64,000 nucleotides of DNA from contig JANQHR010000127.1 of NCBI GenBank assembly GCA_028282585.1, positions 1 through 64,000 of the forward strand. The letters run 5' to 3'. A model generated the notes under the pieces. It saw nothing but the letters and a program-made list of their open reading frames with translations, had not been told where the DNA came from and ran no database searches. This DNA is from Bacteroidales bacterium (GTDB lineage: Bacteria > Bacteroidota > Bacteroidia > Bacteroidales > UBA12077). This document shows positions 28,369-37,768 of the stretch, one piece after another. Positions within the stretch are counted from its first letter, which is position 1; each line of letters starts with the position of its first letter. Position numbers and translations under genes: made by a program.

Positions 28369-29562
28369 ATGACTAAAAAAACACTCATACCAATTGGTCC
28401 TTATCATCCGCTTCAGGAAGAACCTGAACTGTTTAAACTGTATTGTGAAGGTGAAATTGTAAAGGATATAAAGTGGGAAACTGGTTATAATCACCGCGGT
28501 ATCGAACAATTGAGCGAAAAGAAAACTTTCGATCAGTCTTTCTTTCTTGTAGAAAGAATTTGTGGAATATGCTCAACTTCTCATCCATTAGCTTTTGCAA
28601 ATGCATTAGAGGAAGCTGGTAATATTGAGATCACAAATCGTGCTAAATATATTCGTTCCATTATTGCCGAATTAGAACGAGTACATAGTCATCTCCTTTG
28701 GGTTGGACTGGCTGGACACTTTCTAGGTTATAATACAGTTTTTATGTGGGCCTGGAAATACCGTGAACCAATTCTTGACTTATTCGAGATGATAACTGGA
28801 AACAGAAATAGTTATGCCATGTTTAAGGTCGGTGGTGTTCGAAGAGATATCGAAAACAGCATGATACCTAAAATAACCAAGATCTTAGATATGGTTAAGA
28901 AGAAAACAGATATGTTAGTTGGGGCTGTTATGGACGATCCGGTAATACATGCACGCACGAAAGGAGTTGGAACGCTAACTAAACAAGATATTATTGATTA
29001 TGCCGCAGTTGGACCAACAGCTAGAGCATCAGGAGTTGATGTTGATGTTCGAAGAGATGATCCCTACGCAGCGTATCCATTAGTAAACTGGAAAGTAATT
29101 ACGGCCGAAAAAGGTGATGTATTTGCTAAAGCAGAAGTACGTTTGTTAGAAATGTACGAATCAATCTCAATTATAGAACAATGTCTTGAAGGATTAAAAA
29201 AAGAAAAAGAAGGTGATACAGAAGTAAAAGTGAAACATGTTGCTGCAGGTTGGGGAACGGGGCATGCAGAAGCACCTAGAGGAGAAGTGTTCCATTATGT
29301 TTTGACAGATGGTTCCAACTCACCTGCAAGACATAAAATTCGTGCTCCTAGTTATACCAACATTGCAACATTTAAGAAATCATGCGTGGGCCAAACCATT
29401 TCAGACGCAACGATTTCTTTAGCTGCCGTTGATCCATGCTATTGTTGTACAGAAAGAATGGCTGTAGCTTATAACTGGAAAACAGGCGAAAGAATTCTAA
29501 ATGGAAATGAACTCATAGCTTTATCAGCTAAAAAAACTCAGAAAATTAGGAATCAAATATAA
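28369..29562 (+). CDS. Group 4 [NiFe]-hydrogenase large subunit
   Basis: GPYHP, HRGIE, L1 ERICGICS, EAPRGE, L2 DPCYCCTER plus C-terminal extension. Confidence 0.93.
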   Translation: MTKKTLIPIGPYHPLQEEPELFKLYCEGEIVKDIKWETGYNHRGIEQLSEKKTFDQSFFLVERICGICSTSHPLAFANALEEAGNIEITNRAKYIRSIIAELERVHSHLLWVGLAGHFLGYNTVFMWAWKYREPILDLFEMITGNRNSYAMFKVGGVRRDIENSMIPKITKILDMVKKKTDMLVGAVMDDPVIHARTKGVGTLTKQDIIDYAAVGPTARASGVDVDVRRDDPYAAYPLVNWKVITAEKGDVFAKAEVRLLEMYESISIIEQCLEGLKKEKEGDTEVKVKHVAAGWGTGHAEAPRGEVFHYVLTDGSNSPARHKIRAPSYTNIATFKKSCVGQTISDATISLAAVDPCYCCTERMAVAYNWKTGERILNGNELIALSAKKTQKIRNQI

Positions 29563-29570
29563 GGTTCGAC

Positions 29571-31424
29571 ATGAATGAAATAACTTACATCATATTTTTA
29601 CCAATATTCGCGGGTATCTTGCTTTTTATTATACCTGAAAAGCTAAAAACTTTAAAAGGGATAACTGCGAGTATTATATCGTTATTTGCTCTGTATCAAT
29701 CAATATTGATATTTAACGCTCAGGCAGGAATATATAATCTTACTGAAATAGCAAGTTGCCAGCTCTTTTCGGAAACTTTTAAAGATGCTGGGCGATATGT
29801 AAGTTTTAATATGGATCAGCTAAGTCAATTAATCATCTTAATTGTAAATATTTTTGCATTCTTAATTGTCATATATTCGCTGTTTTATATTGATAAGAAT
29901 AAGAAGATCAACAACTACTTTGCTTTCTTCTTAATTACCCTTGGCACATCTAATGGTGCTGTCTTATCAAATAATTTATTATTGTTCTTAACCTTTTGGG
30001 GAATTTTAGGGTTCACTTTATATAAACTTATAAAAGGAGCAGACGAAGAAAGTTCTTCAACCGCAAAGAAAACACTGGCTATTGTTGGAGCTTCAGATGG
30101 TATTATGATTCTGGGTATTGCAATTATCTGGAAAATCACTGACACCCTTAGCATTAATGAGTTAAATCTGGCAACCAATAATGCGCTTACGGTTATTGCC
30201 TTTATTACTTTACTTATTGGAAGTTTTACAAAAGCCGGTGCTTTCCCTTTTCACACATGGGTACCTGATTATGCTAAAGATGCACCAGCATCTTCATCAG
30301 CATATATGCCAGCTTCGTTGGATAAACTGCTTGGAATTTACTTCCTGGCAAGAATTTGCAATTATATGTTTGTTCTGAACGACTGGTTAACATTTACCTT
30401 ATTGGCAATTGGGGTAATTACTATTATTACTGCCGTAATGATGGCCCTAGTTCAACATAATTATAAAAGATTACTTGGATTCCATGCCGTTTCTCAGGTT
30501 GGATATATGATTGTTGGCTTTGGTCTTGGAACCGTAATTGGTGTTGTTGCCGGACTGTTCCATATGTTAAATAATGTATTGTATAAAACCGGTCTATTCC
30601 TTGTATCCGGAAACGTTGAAAAACAAACAGGCAAAAATGATATTGACGATTTAAGCGGATTATCCAGGGCTATGCCGCTAACATTTATTTGCGCTTTGAT
30701 CTTTGCACTTTCCATTTCCGGAATTCCTCCTTTTAATGGATTTGCATCGAAATGGATGATTTATCAGGGAATTATAGAATTCGGTCAAGGTTCAGGAATT
30801 GCAAATCAATGGTGGATTGTTTGGTTAGGCTTAGCTGTGCTTGGATCGGCATTAACATTGGCAAGTTTTGTGAAATTTACTTCAGGATTATTCCTGGGTA
30901 AAAAACGAAAGGAATTCGAAAATGTTAAAGAAGTCAATATACTGGGTTGGTTACCAATCTGTTTAATGGCTTTAGGTTGTATTGTATTCGGTGTATTTTC
31001 AACAAGTTACGTTGTACCAAAACTATTTAGTCCGATTGTTGGCCAAATAGAATTAATTGGTATATGGAACTCTACAACTGTTTCAATCCTGGTTCTTGTA
31101 TCCATTGCTCTTGGATTATTGGTTTACATGATTGGTAATGTTAAAAACTATCGTTCAGAAGACAGTTTTGTTGGAGGTGGTGAAAATATGAGAGAACAAT
31201 CGCATGTTGCAACAACAGGGTTTTATGATACTATTAAGAACTTTGGATTCTTATCAACTCTTTACGAAAAAGCAGAAAAACGTTGGTTCGATATTTATGA
31301 TTTATCAAAGAATTTCATACACTGGTGCGGTAAAAGATTCCAGGGTGCACATACAGGATTATTGCCTGATTACGCCATTTGGGTTTTTGCCGGACTCATT
31401 ATAATGTTACTTATTTTAATATAA
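29571..31424 (+). CDS. Antiporter-like ion-translocating subunit (MrpA/NuoL/HyfB-like)
   Basis: TKAGAFPFHTWVP, GIPPFNGFASK, many TM helices. Confidence 0.9.
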   Translation: MNEITYIIFLPIFAGILLFIIPEKLKTLKGITASIISLFALYQSILIFNAQAGIYNLTEIASCQLFSETFKDAGRYVSFNMDQLSQLIILIVNIFAFLIVIYSLFYIDKNKKINNYFAFFLITLGTSNGAVLSNNLLLFLTFWGILGFTLYKLIKGADEESSSTAKKTLAIVGASDGIMILGIAIIWKITDTLSINELNLATNNALTVIAFITLLIGSFTKAGAFPFHTWVPDYAKDAPASSSAYMPASLDKLLGIYFLARICNYMFVLNDWLTFTLLAIGVITIITAVMMALVQHNYKRLLGFHAVSQVGYMIVGFGLGTVIGVVAGLFHMLNNVLYKTGLFLVSGNVEKQTGKNDIDDLSGLSRAMPLTFICALIFALSISGIPPFNGFASKWMIYQGIIEFGQGSGIANQWWIVWLGLAVLGSALTLASFVKFTSGLFLGKKRKEFENVKEVNILGWLPICLMALGCIVFGVFSTSYVVPKLFSPIVGQIELIGIWNSTTVSILVLVSIALGLLVYMIGNVKNYRSEDSFVGGGENMREQSHVATTGFYDTIKNFGFLSTLYEKAEKRWFDIYDLSKNFIHWCGKRFQGAHTGLLPDYAIWVFAGLIIMLLILI

Positions 31425-31430
31425 AATAGC

Positions 31431-31958
31431 ATGGAATTAACACTATCTATATTATTAGGTTTTATGATCATTGGAGCTCTGTTCGCAATACATGCTAAAG
31501 ATCTTCTTTCAGCCGTAATTGCAGCAGGTATTGTAGGATACAGTCTTGTGATTTGTTTCTTATTGCTAAAAGCTCCGGATCTGGCTATTGTACAAATCGT
31601 TGTTGAAACCATAACCCTAATAATAATGGTTGCTGTTGTCCTTGACAGTACCAGAGAAGAGCTTAAAGTTAAAGTCGACAGGCAACAGATTATCAATATA
31701 TCACTTGCCCTCATTTTTATAGTTCTGCTGGCGTTTTTCTTTGTACAAGCAACTGGAAAGTTAAATCCATTTGGCGAACATACATTACGAATGGCAAATG
31801 CCTACGTTGGTGAAACTGCTTCTAAAACCGGCAGCACCAATTTGGTGACGGGTGTGCTATTCGATTTTCGTGGTTATGATACCTTAGGAGAAGCTACTAT
31901 ACTTTTCACAGCAGCAATTGGTGTTTTATCTATTTTAAGAATTAAAGGAAGAAAATAA
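31431..31958 (+). CDS. MrpA C-terminal-like subunit (DUF4040 + MbhE-type)
   Basis: APDLAI and DFRGYDTLGE motifs. Confidence 0.85.
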   Translation: MELTLSILLGFMIIGALFAIHAKDLLSAVIAAGIVGYSLVICFLLLKAPDLAIVQIVVETITLIIMVAVVLDSTREELKVKVDRQQIINISLALIFIVLLAFFFVQATGKLNPFGEHTLRMANAYVGETASKTGSTNLVTGVLFDFRGYDTLGEATILFTAAIGVLSILRIKGRK

Positions 31959-32395
31959 TGAAAGGAATGTCACTCATAGTCAAAAAGGTTGCTCAACTGA
32001 TCGCAGGTCTGATTTTCTTATATGGAATATATATTATGGTACATGGTCATTTAACACCCGGAGGCGGATTTGCCGGCGGTGCTCTAATAGCTGGATCTTA
32101 TATATTGGCAATCCTTGCTTATGGTTCCGATACAATTAAACTTAAAAAAGAAGAAACAGGTACCTCCTTAACCGAAAGTATTTCGATTTTTATTGCTTTA
32201 ATGTTAGCTGTTGCAGGATTCTTTATTGGAACCAAAGTATTTTTTAACAATTATCTACCGTCAGGTAAAATTGGAGAGTTAATTAGCGCGGGAGTTATAC
32301 CTCTATATAATATTTTTATTGGGATCGAGGTAGCTGCAGCGCTTATAACAATATTCTTAGCATTAATAATTTATAAAGAGGAAATAGAAGAATGA
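31958..32395 (+). CDS. mnhB: Mrp/Mnh antiporter subunit B
   Basis: GHLTPGGGFAGG. Confidence 0.9.
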   Translation: MKGMSLIVKKVAQLIAGLIFLYGIYIMVHGHLTPGGGFAGGALIAGSYILAILAYGSDTIKLKKEETGTSLTESISIFIALMLAVAGFFIGTKVFFNNYLPSGKIGELISAGVIPLYNIFIGIEVAAALITIFLALIIYKEEIEE

Positions 32396-32730
32396 TTGTT
32401 TACATTTTATGTTTCATATTATTCCTTGTAGGTTTATATGGATTAATAACCAGAAGAAACCTGATTAAAATAGTAATTTCATTGTCCATTATGGAATTCA
32501 GCATCTTCATTTTATTGGTTTTAATAGGTTATATCGACGGTGGAATTGCTCCAATTATTCCTGAAAATGTTACAAATCCAACTTACGTTGACCCACTGCC
32601 ACAGGCAATGGTTTTAACAGCAATTGTTATTGGTTTGGCAACAACTGCTATGCTTATGGCTATTGCAATTAGATTGTATCGAAAATACAGAACATTTGAT
32701 ATAAGAGATATTAAAAATTTAAAAGGATAA
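32392..32730 (+). CDS. mnhC: Mrp/Mnh antiporter subunit C
   Basis: DPLPQAMVLTAIVIG. Confidence 0.92.
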   Translation: MIVYILCFILFLVGLYGLITRRNLIKIVISLSIMEFSIFILLVLIGYIDGGIAPIIPENVTNPTYVDPLPQAMVLTAIVIGLATTAMLMAIAIRLYRKYRTFDIRDIKNLKG

Positions 32731-32733
32731 GAA

Positions 32734-34260
32734 ATGAATTCATTGATTCCTTTATTTGTTATAATTCCATTAGCAACAGCCTTTCTAATTCCAATAATTG
32801 GAAAGATTACAAACTATTTTGCCAAAACCATTACTCCAATTATTTTACTTGCATTAAGTATTTTGAGTATTTCTTTTTTGTTTTATGGTAAACATGAAAG
32901 TTATATTATTGGAGGGTGGCAGCCGGTTGAAAACATTCCTATTGCAATTTATCTGGTTTTAGATGGATTTAGCTGTCTTGTGCTTTGCATAACCAGTCTT
33001 ATCGGATTCCTGGTGTCTTTCTATTCGATTTCTTATATCAAAAAATATACTTCGGAAAACAATTTTTACGCACTATTTTGTTTAATGATTGCAGGGATGA
33101 ATGGAGTTGTTTTAAGTGGCGACATTTTTAATCTATTTGTATTCCTTGAAATTTCAGTAATTGCTTCGTATGCTTTAGTTGCTTTTGGTGTAGGTAAAAA
33201 TGAGCTGGAAGCTTCTTTTAAATATCAGGTTTTAGGAAACATTGCATCATTTTTAATTCTGTTTAGCATTGCTCTTTTATACTGGCAAACAAAAACATTG
33301 AATATAGCTGATATTTCAAAGGTTTTACAAAACTATGACAACAGCATATTTTTAACATTTACACAAATCATTTTAATAACTGGTTTTGGACTAAAAGCAG
33401 CAATTATTCCTTTCCATGCATGGTTGCCTGATGCACACTCATCGGCACCATCTCCTATTTCTGCCATGCTTTCCGGTGTATTAATAAAAGCTGTTGGAGT
33501 TTATGTTTTAGTAAGATTGTTCTTTAATATGTTTGTATTTACTTACGAGATCGGAGTATTAGTTGCTGTATTAGGCACATTATCAATGATAGTTGGCTCA
33601 TTACTGGCTATTAACCAATGGGATATAAAACGACTTCTTGCATATTCCAGTATTAGTCAAATAGGCTATATTATGATTGGATTTGGAATTGGAATGATGA
33701 TTCTCACAAAAGGTGGAGAAGCTAGTATAGCTGTTTTAGCGATAGCAGGTAGTTTGTTTCATATGGTAAATCACTCTGTATTTAAGGGATTACTTTTCCT
33801 TGGTGCGGGAGCCATAGAATTCAGAACTAACACGCGAGATATGAGTCAGTTGGGTGGGTTGTCCGAAAACATGCCAATTACATCGACAACATCTTTGGGG
33901 GCATCAATGTCGATTTCCGGTATCCCTCCATTTAATGGATTCTTCAGTAAATTAATTATCATAATTGCCGCAATTCAGGGTAAATTTTACTTACTAGCCT
34001 TACTCGCCGTTATTGTAAGCATAATAACACTAGCATATTTCTTAAAGTTTCAGAAATCCGTTTTCTACGGAAAAAATAAAAATTATAAAAATATTAAGGA
34101 AGTGCCATTTGCTATGAGTTTTTCAATGATCATTTTAGTAATCCTTTGTATTGGTTTAAGTGTACTGGCAATACCGAGTATACGGGAAGTTATATTAGAT
34201 CAGGCGGTTAGTTCCTTAATAAATATGGACCATTACATTAACCTAGTAATACAGTATTGA
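32734..34260 (+). CDS. mnhD: Mrp/Mnh antiporter subunit D (MbhH-like)
   Basis: DIFNLFVFLEI, LKAAIIPFHAWLPDAH, GIPPFNGFFSK. Confidence 0.9.
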   Translation: MNSLIPLFVIIPLATAFLIPIIGKITNYFAKTITPIILLALSILSISFLFYGKHESYIIGGWQPVENIPIAIYLVLDGFSCLVLCITSLIGFLVSFYSISYIKKYTSENNFYALFCLMIAGMNGVVLSGDIFNLFVFLEISVIASYALVAFGVGKNELEASFKYQVLGNIASFLILFSIALLYWQTKTLNIADISKVLQNYDNSIFLTFTQIILITGFGLKAAIIPFHAWLPDAHSSAPSPISAMLSGVLIKAVGVYVLVRLFFNMFVFTYEIGVLVAVLGTLSMIVGSLLAINQWDIKRLLAYSSISQIGYIMIGFGIGMMILTKGGEASIAVLAIAGSLFHMVNHSVFKGLLFLGAGAIEFRTNTRDMSQLGGLSENMPITSTTSLGASMSISGIPPFNGFFSKLIIIIAAIQGKFYLLALLAVIVSIITLAYFLKFQKSVFYGKNKNYKNIKEVPFAMSFSMIILVILCIGLSVLAIPSIREVILDQAVSSLINMDHYINLVIQY

Positions 34261-34261
34261 T

Positions 34262-34747
34262 ATGAAATACGTTGCATTGTTTATATTATCACTCATATTC
34301 TGGTTATTATTAACTTATAATCTAACCATACCTAACATTATTGTTGGATCAATAGCATCATTAATAACCTCGTTGATCTTTGGAAAATATTTTCTAAAAG
34401 ATGTGGTTCCGTTTTTACAACCTCAGCGTTATTTCTGGTTAATGGTATACTTGTTTATTTTTACCTGGGAATGTATCAAAGCAAACTTTGATGTTGCGTA
34501 TAGAGTATTGCATCCGGCAATGCCAATAAAACCGGGAATAGTAAGGGTAAAACTTGGATTAAAAACAAATATTGCAAAAACTATTTTAGCGAACTCAATT
34601 ACCATGACTCCCGGAACTATTTCTGTGGATATTATTGGTGATGAAATTTATGTACACTGGATATATGTATATTCAGAAAATCCAGAAGAATATAGTCACA
34701 AGATCTCAGGAAGATTTGAAAAATACATTAAAAAAATATTCGAATGA
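34262..34747 (+). CDS. mnhE: Mrp/Mnh antiporter subunit E
   Basis: LANSITMTPGT, YVHW. Confidence 0.92.
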   Translation: MKYVALFILSLIFWLLLTYNLTIPNIIVGSIASLITSLIFGKYFLKDVVPFLQPQRYFWLMVYLFIFTWECIKANFDVAYRVLHPAMPIKPGIVRVKLGLKTNIAKTILANSITMTPGTISVDIIGDEIYVHWIYVYSENPEEYSHKISGRFEKYIKKIFE

Positions 34748-35010
34748 TTGATTATCTGAACATATTACTTTATGCGCAAATTGCATTATGCATATTCTGT
34801 TTATACAGGATAATTCGAGGGCCATCTATTGCCGACAGAATGGTTGGCATCGATATTTTCGGAATCCTTGTAGTAGGAATATGTGCTATATTATCCATTA
34901 CTACGCAGCGAAAGTTTATTCTTGACATTGGTATAGCATGGATTATTTTAAGCTTTATTGGAACCTTAACCCTGGCTAAATATTTAAGTGGTAAAAAACT
35001 AAACGAATAA
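34744..35010 (+). CDS. mnhF: Mrp/Mnh antiporter subunit F
   Basis: GPS..DR...D, three TM helices. Confidence 0.9.
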   Translation: MIDYLNILLYAQIALCIFCLYRIIRGPSIADRMVGIDIFGILVVGICAILSITTQRKFILDIGIAWIILSFIGTLTLAKYLSGKKLNE

Positions 35011-35336
35011 TGGAAACAATCGGCTTTATATTCATATGTATCGGAATTCTTTTTAATCTTTTTGGCTGTATCGGTTTGATAAGGCTACCAGATGTTTATA
35101 ACAGGTTACAGTCAGCCACAAAATGTGTTACCTTAGGTACATGCAGCATTTTGGTAGGCGTAATTTTTTATTATGGTTTTAATGGAGCAGGATTTAAAGC
35201 AATTATTGCTATTCCATTATTATTCTTTGCAGCTACCGTTGCCGCGCATGCTTTAGTAAAAGGAGCCTATATATTCGGTGTTAAATTAGGCAATAAAAGC
35301 GTTAAGGATGATTATGAAGATGTTCCAAAGAGTTAA
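35010..35336 (+). CDS. mnhG: Mrp/Mnh antiporter subunit G
   Basis: GLIRLPDVYNRL..ATK..TLG. Confidence 0.92.
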   Translation: METIGFIFICIGILFNLFGCIGLIRLPDVYNRLQSATKCVTLGTCSILVGVIFYYGFNGAGFKAIIAIPLLFFAATVAAHALVKGAYIFGVKLGNKSVKDDYEDVPKS

Positions 35337-35340
35337 TTAG

Positions 35341-35420
35341 TTCAGAGTTTAGAGTTGAAAAACTCAAAACTCAAAACTCAAAACTTGTCTGCCGATAGGC
35401 AGGCTCAAAACTTTTAAACT
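35341..35420. repeat. AACTCAA heptamer repeat interrupted by a small palindrome
   Basis: aactcaa x3, then tgtctgccgataggcagg, then ctcaaaact; preceded by inverted agagttt units. Confidence 0.7.
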
Positions 35421-35423
35421 AAA

Positions 35424-36038
35424 ATGAAGTATCCAAAAATAAGAGAAGTAAAAGAAGCATTGGTATCGTTATTTACGCCGGCATATACAACTAAGTTTCC
35501 TAAAGAACCTCATGTTCCATTCGAAAACTACAGAGGTAAACCTGAGGTTGATGAAAGAAATTGTGTTGGATGCGAAACCTGTGCAAATGTTTGTCCCCCG
35601 CATGCTATTACTTTTGAAGATGATAAAGTAAAAGAAATTCGAACAATCAAAAGAGATTACGGAAAATGTATTTTTTGTGCTGAATGTCAGATACATTGCA
35701 TAACTCAAAAAGGAGTTAAACTATCAGATAAGATTTTTGATATTGCCAACTTTGACAGAACTCAGGTCGTTGAGTACCAAGAACGTGAATTAATCGTGTG
35801 TAAAAATTGCAGTGCTGTAATAACAACTAAAGATCATTTACAGTATATGCATAAAAAGTTAGGACCAAAATCATACGCATCTATTCAAAATTTGAATGTA
35901 CTTAACGAAAAACTTCGATTATCATCAAAAGAAAATGCAGAATCAGATATCAAAGATGGTTTAAAAAGAAAAGATATGTTCAATATCTTATGTCCTAACT
36001 GTTTAAGAGAAGTTTTAACAACATATACCTTTGAGTGA
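35424..36038 (+). CDS. NuoI/HycF/MbhN-like 2x[4Fe-4S] subunit with extra CxxC pairs
   Basis: YRGKP, CVGCETCANVCP, CIFCAECQIHC, CKNC, CPNC. Confidence 0.9.
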   Translation: MKYPKIREVKEALVSLFTPAYTTKFPKEPHVPFENYRGKPEVDERNCVGCETCANVCPPHAITFEDDKVKEIRTIKRDYGKCIFCAECQIHCITQKGVKLSDKIFDIANFDRTQVVEYQERELIVCKNCSAVITTKDHLQYMHKKLGPKSYASIQNLNVLNEKLRLSSKENAESDIKDGLKRKDMFNILCPNCLREVLTTYTFE

Positions 36039-36481
36039 TCGAAAACTTAGATAGTATAATAAAAGAAAACAATAAGAAAAAACTCTTTGTAGGGATCGGG
36101 AATGTTTTAAAAAGTGATGATGGTGTTGGAGTTTACATAAGTAATAAAATTAAAGAATCTTTCGATATACAAAAACTAACAGTTGAAGTTAGCATCGAAA
36201 ATTATATAGGCAAAATAAACTCTTTAAATCCTGATGTTCTTATACTTCTTGATTGTGTAGATTATGGAAAATCAGCAGGATATGTTGAACTTCTTCCTGC
36301 AGAAAAAGTCAAAGACTTTACGTTGAATACGCACAACATCTCGCTAAAAAGGATCTCAGAGTTATTTAAGATGCCTGTTTATATATTAGGAATTCAACCT
36401 GAAAATGTTCAGTTTGGAGAAAATATCTCTAAAACAGTACTAGAATCAGCGAATAAATTAATAAATAAAATCAACCAATAA
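36035..36481 (+). CDS. Hydrogenase maturation endopeptidase (HycI-like)
   Basis: GIGNVLKSDDGVG, THNISL, GIQP. Confidence 0.9.
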   Translation: MIENLDSIIKENNKKKLFVGIGNVLKSDDGVGVYISNKIKESFDIQKLTVEVSIENYIGKINSLNPDVLILLDCVDYGKSAGYVELLPAEKVKDFTLNTHNISLKRISELFKMPVYILGIQPENVQFGENISKTVLESANKLINKINQ

Positions 36482-36493
36482 AACCCAAGCACT

Positions 36494-36901
36494 ATGGCGA
36501 AAGATTATTACTGTCCGATTTGCAAAGGTCAATTAAGGGTTAAAAACTCCATTTTGCTATCGGCAAAGTCAAAACAGAACGAAAAGGGTTTAATATTTTT
36601 AAACTCTGAGATCGGAGATTACTCAATTACTACACATTCTACCTTCCAGGTTCGCGAAGGACAGGAATATACATTCTTCTGCCCTATTTGTCATGCTACA
36701 CTTAACAGAGAAGAGAATCCACAACTTGTAAAGATCTTTCTTAAAGATGGTGATGAAGTGTTCGAAGTCTATTTCTCAAGTTTAGCAGGAGAAAAATGTA
36801 CATATAAAATCAGTGACAAAAGTATTGAGCAAATAGGTCCTGATGCAAATCATTACAAACAATATTTTGATGTCCCGGAAGAAGATAAAAAGTATCTTTA
36901 A
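36494..36901 (+). CDS. Hypothetical soluble protein with two CxxC motifs
   Basis: YYCPIC and FFCPICH; no signal peptide. Confidence 0.7.
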   Translation: MAKDYYCPICKGQLRVKNSILLSAKSKQNEKGLIFLNSEIGDYSITTHSTFQVREGQEYTFFCPICHATLNREENPQLVKIFLKDGDEVFEVYFSSLAGEKCTYKISDKSIEQIGPDANHYKQYFDVPEEDKKYL

Positions 36902-37054
36902 TCGAAATAACAAATATCAAATTACAATTAGCAATTAAATTCCAAAACACAATACCAAAAACATCAAACTATAAGTATTTAAAATATTTAGAAAATTGGT
37001 TATTGATTTTTAATTGAGATTTGTCTTTTGTAATTTGGGGTTAAAACAAAAAAA

Positions 37055-37768
37055 ATGACAATAGATTCAAATGCCTTATACTTGACAGCTGCCTCAATTG
37101 GGTTCTTTCACACTCTTTTGGGGCCTGATCATTATCTACCATTTATTGTAATGTCCAGAGCAAGAAAATGGCCATTATGGAAAACAAATCTTATTACTTT
37201 TATTTGTGGAATTGGCCATGTAGCAAGTTCAATCATTATTGGTTTTATTGGTATTTTATTAGGAATAGCTGTTAATAAACTTACACCTATTGAAGCTACC
37301 AGGGGTTCTGTTGCTGCCTGGTTAATGATAGCCTTTGGATTGGTATATTTTATTTGGGGATTGAGAAGAGCATACAAGCAAAAGGAACATTCACATGAGC
37401 ATGTACATGAGGACGGCACTGTACACGTTCATAAACACTCACACTTCAAAGAACACTCGCATATACATGAAAAGAAAAATATTAAGGAGATTACACCTTG
37501 GATACTTTTTACAATATTTATTTTTGGTCCATGTGAGCCATTTATTCCTGTTTTACTATATCCTGCTGCACAAAATAATGTTATGGCAATGGTAATGGTT
37601 ACTTTAATTTTCAGCATAGTTACTGTTGGAACCATGATGTTGGTGGTTACAAGTACATATTTTGGATTTAAACTTCTGCCAAAATTGAATATTGAAAGGT
37701 TTATGCATGCAATTGCAGGATTTACAATCTTTTTATGTGGGGCAAGTATTCAGTTCTTAGGATTATAG
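37055..37768 (+). CDS. His-rich nickel/cobalt transporter (NiCoT/UreH/RcnA-like)
   Basis: HTLLGPDH, GIGH, His-rich loop, GPCE; sits at the end of the NiFe operon. Confidence 0.85.
   Translation: MTIDSNALYLTAASIGFFHTLLGPDHYLPFIVMSRARKWPLWKTNLITFICGIGHVASSIIIGFIGILLGIAVNKLTPIEATRGSVAAWLMIAFGLVYFIWGLRRAYKQKEHSHEHVHEDGTVHVHKHSHFKEHSHIHEKKNIKEITPWILFTIFIFGPCEPFIPVLLYPAAQNNVMAMVMVTLIFSIVTVGTMMLVVTSTYFGFKLLPKLNIERFMHAIAGFTIFLCGASIQFLGL

Noticed and set aside
26546-36038. Respiratory complex I or Mbs/Mbx sulfane reductase
   Set aside because: The large subunit has both Ni-binding CxxC motifs and a cleavable tail, and hyp genes, a protease and a nickel transporter are adjacent.
36494-36901. CPICH as a c-type heme site
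   Set aside because: No signal peptide and paired with a second CxxC; more likely a cytoplasmic metal-binding motif.
18033-37054. CRISPR array in the repeat-rich spacers
   Set aside because: Periods are 7-8 bp or simple inverted repeats; no 25-45 bp repeat-spacer pattern and no cas genes.
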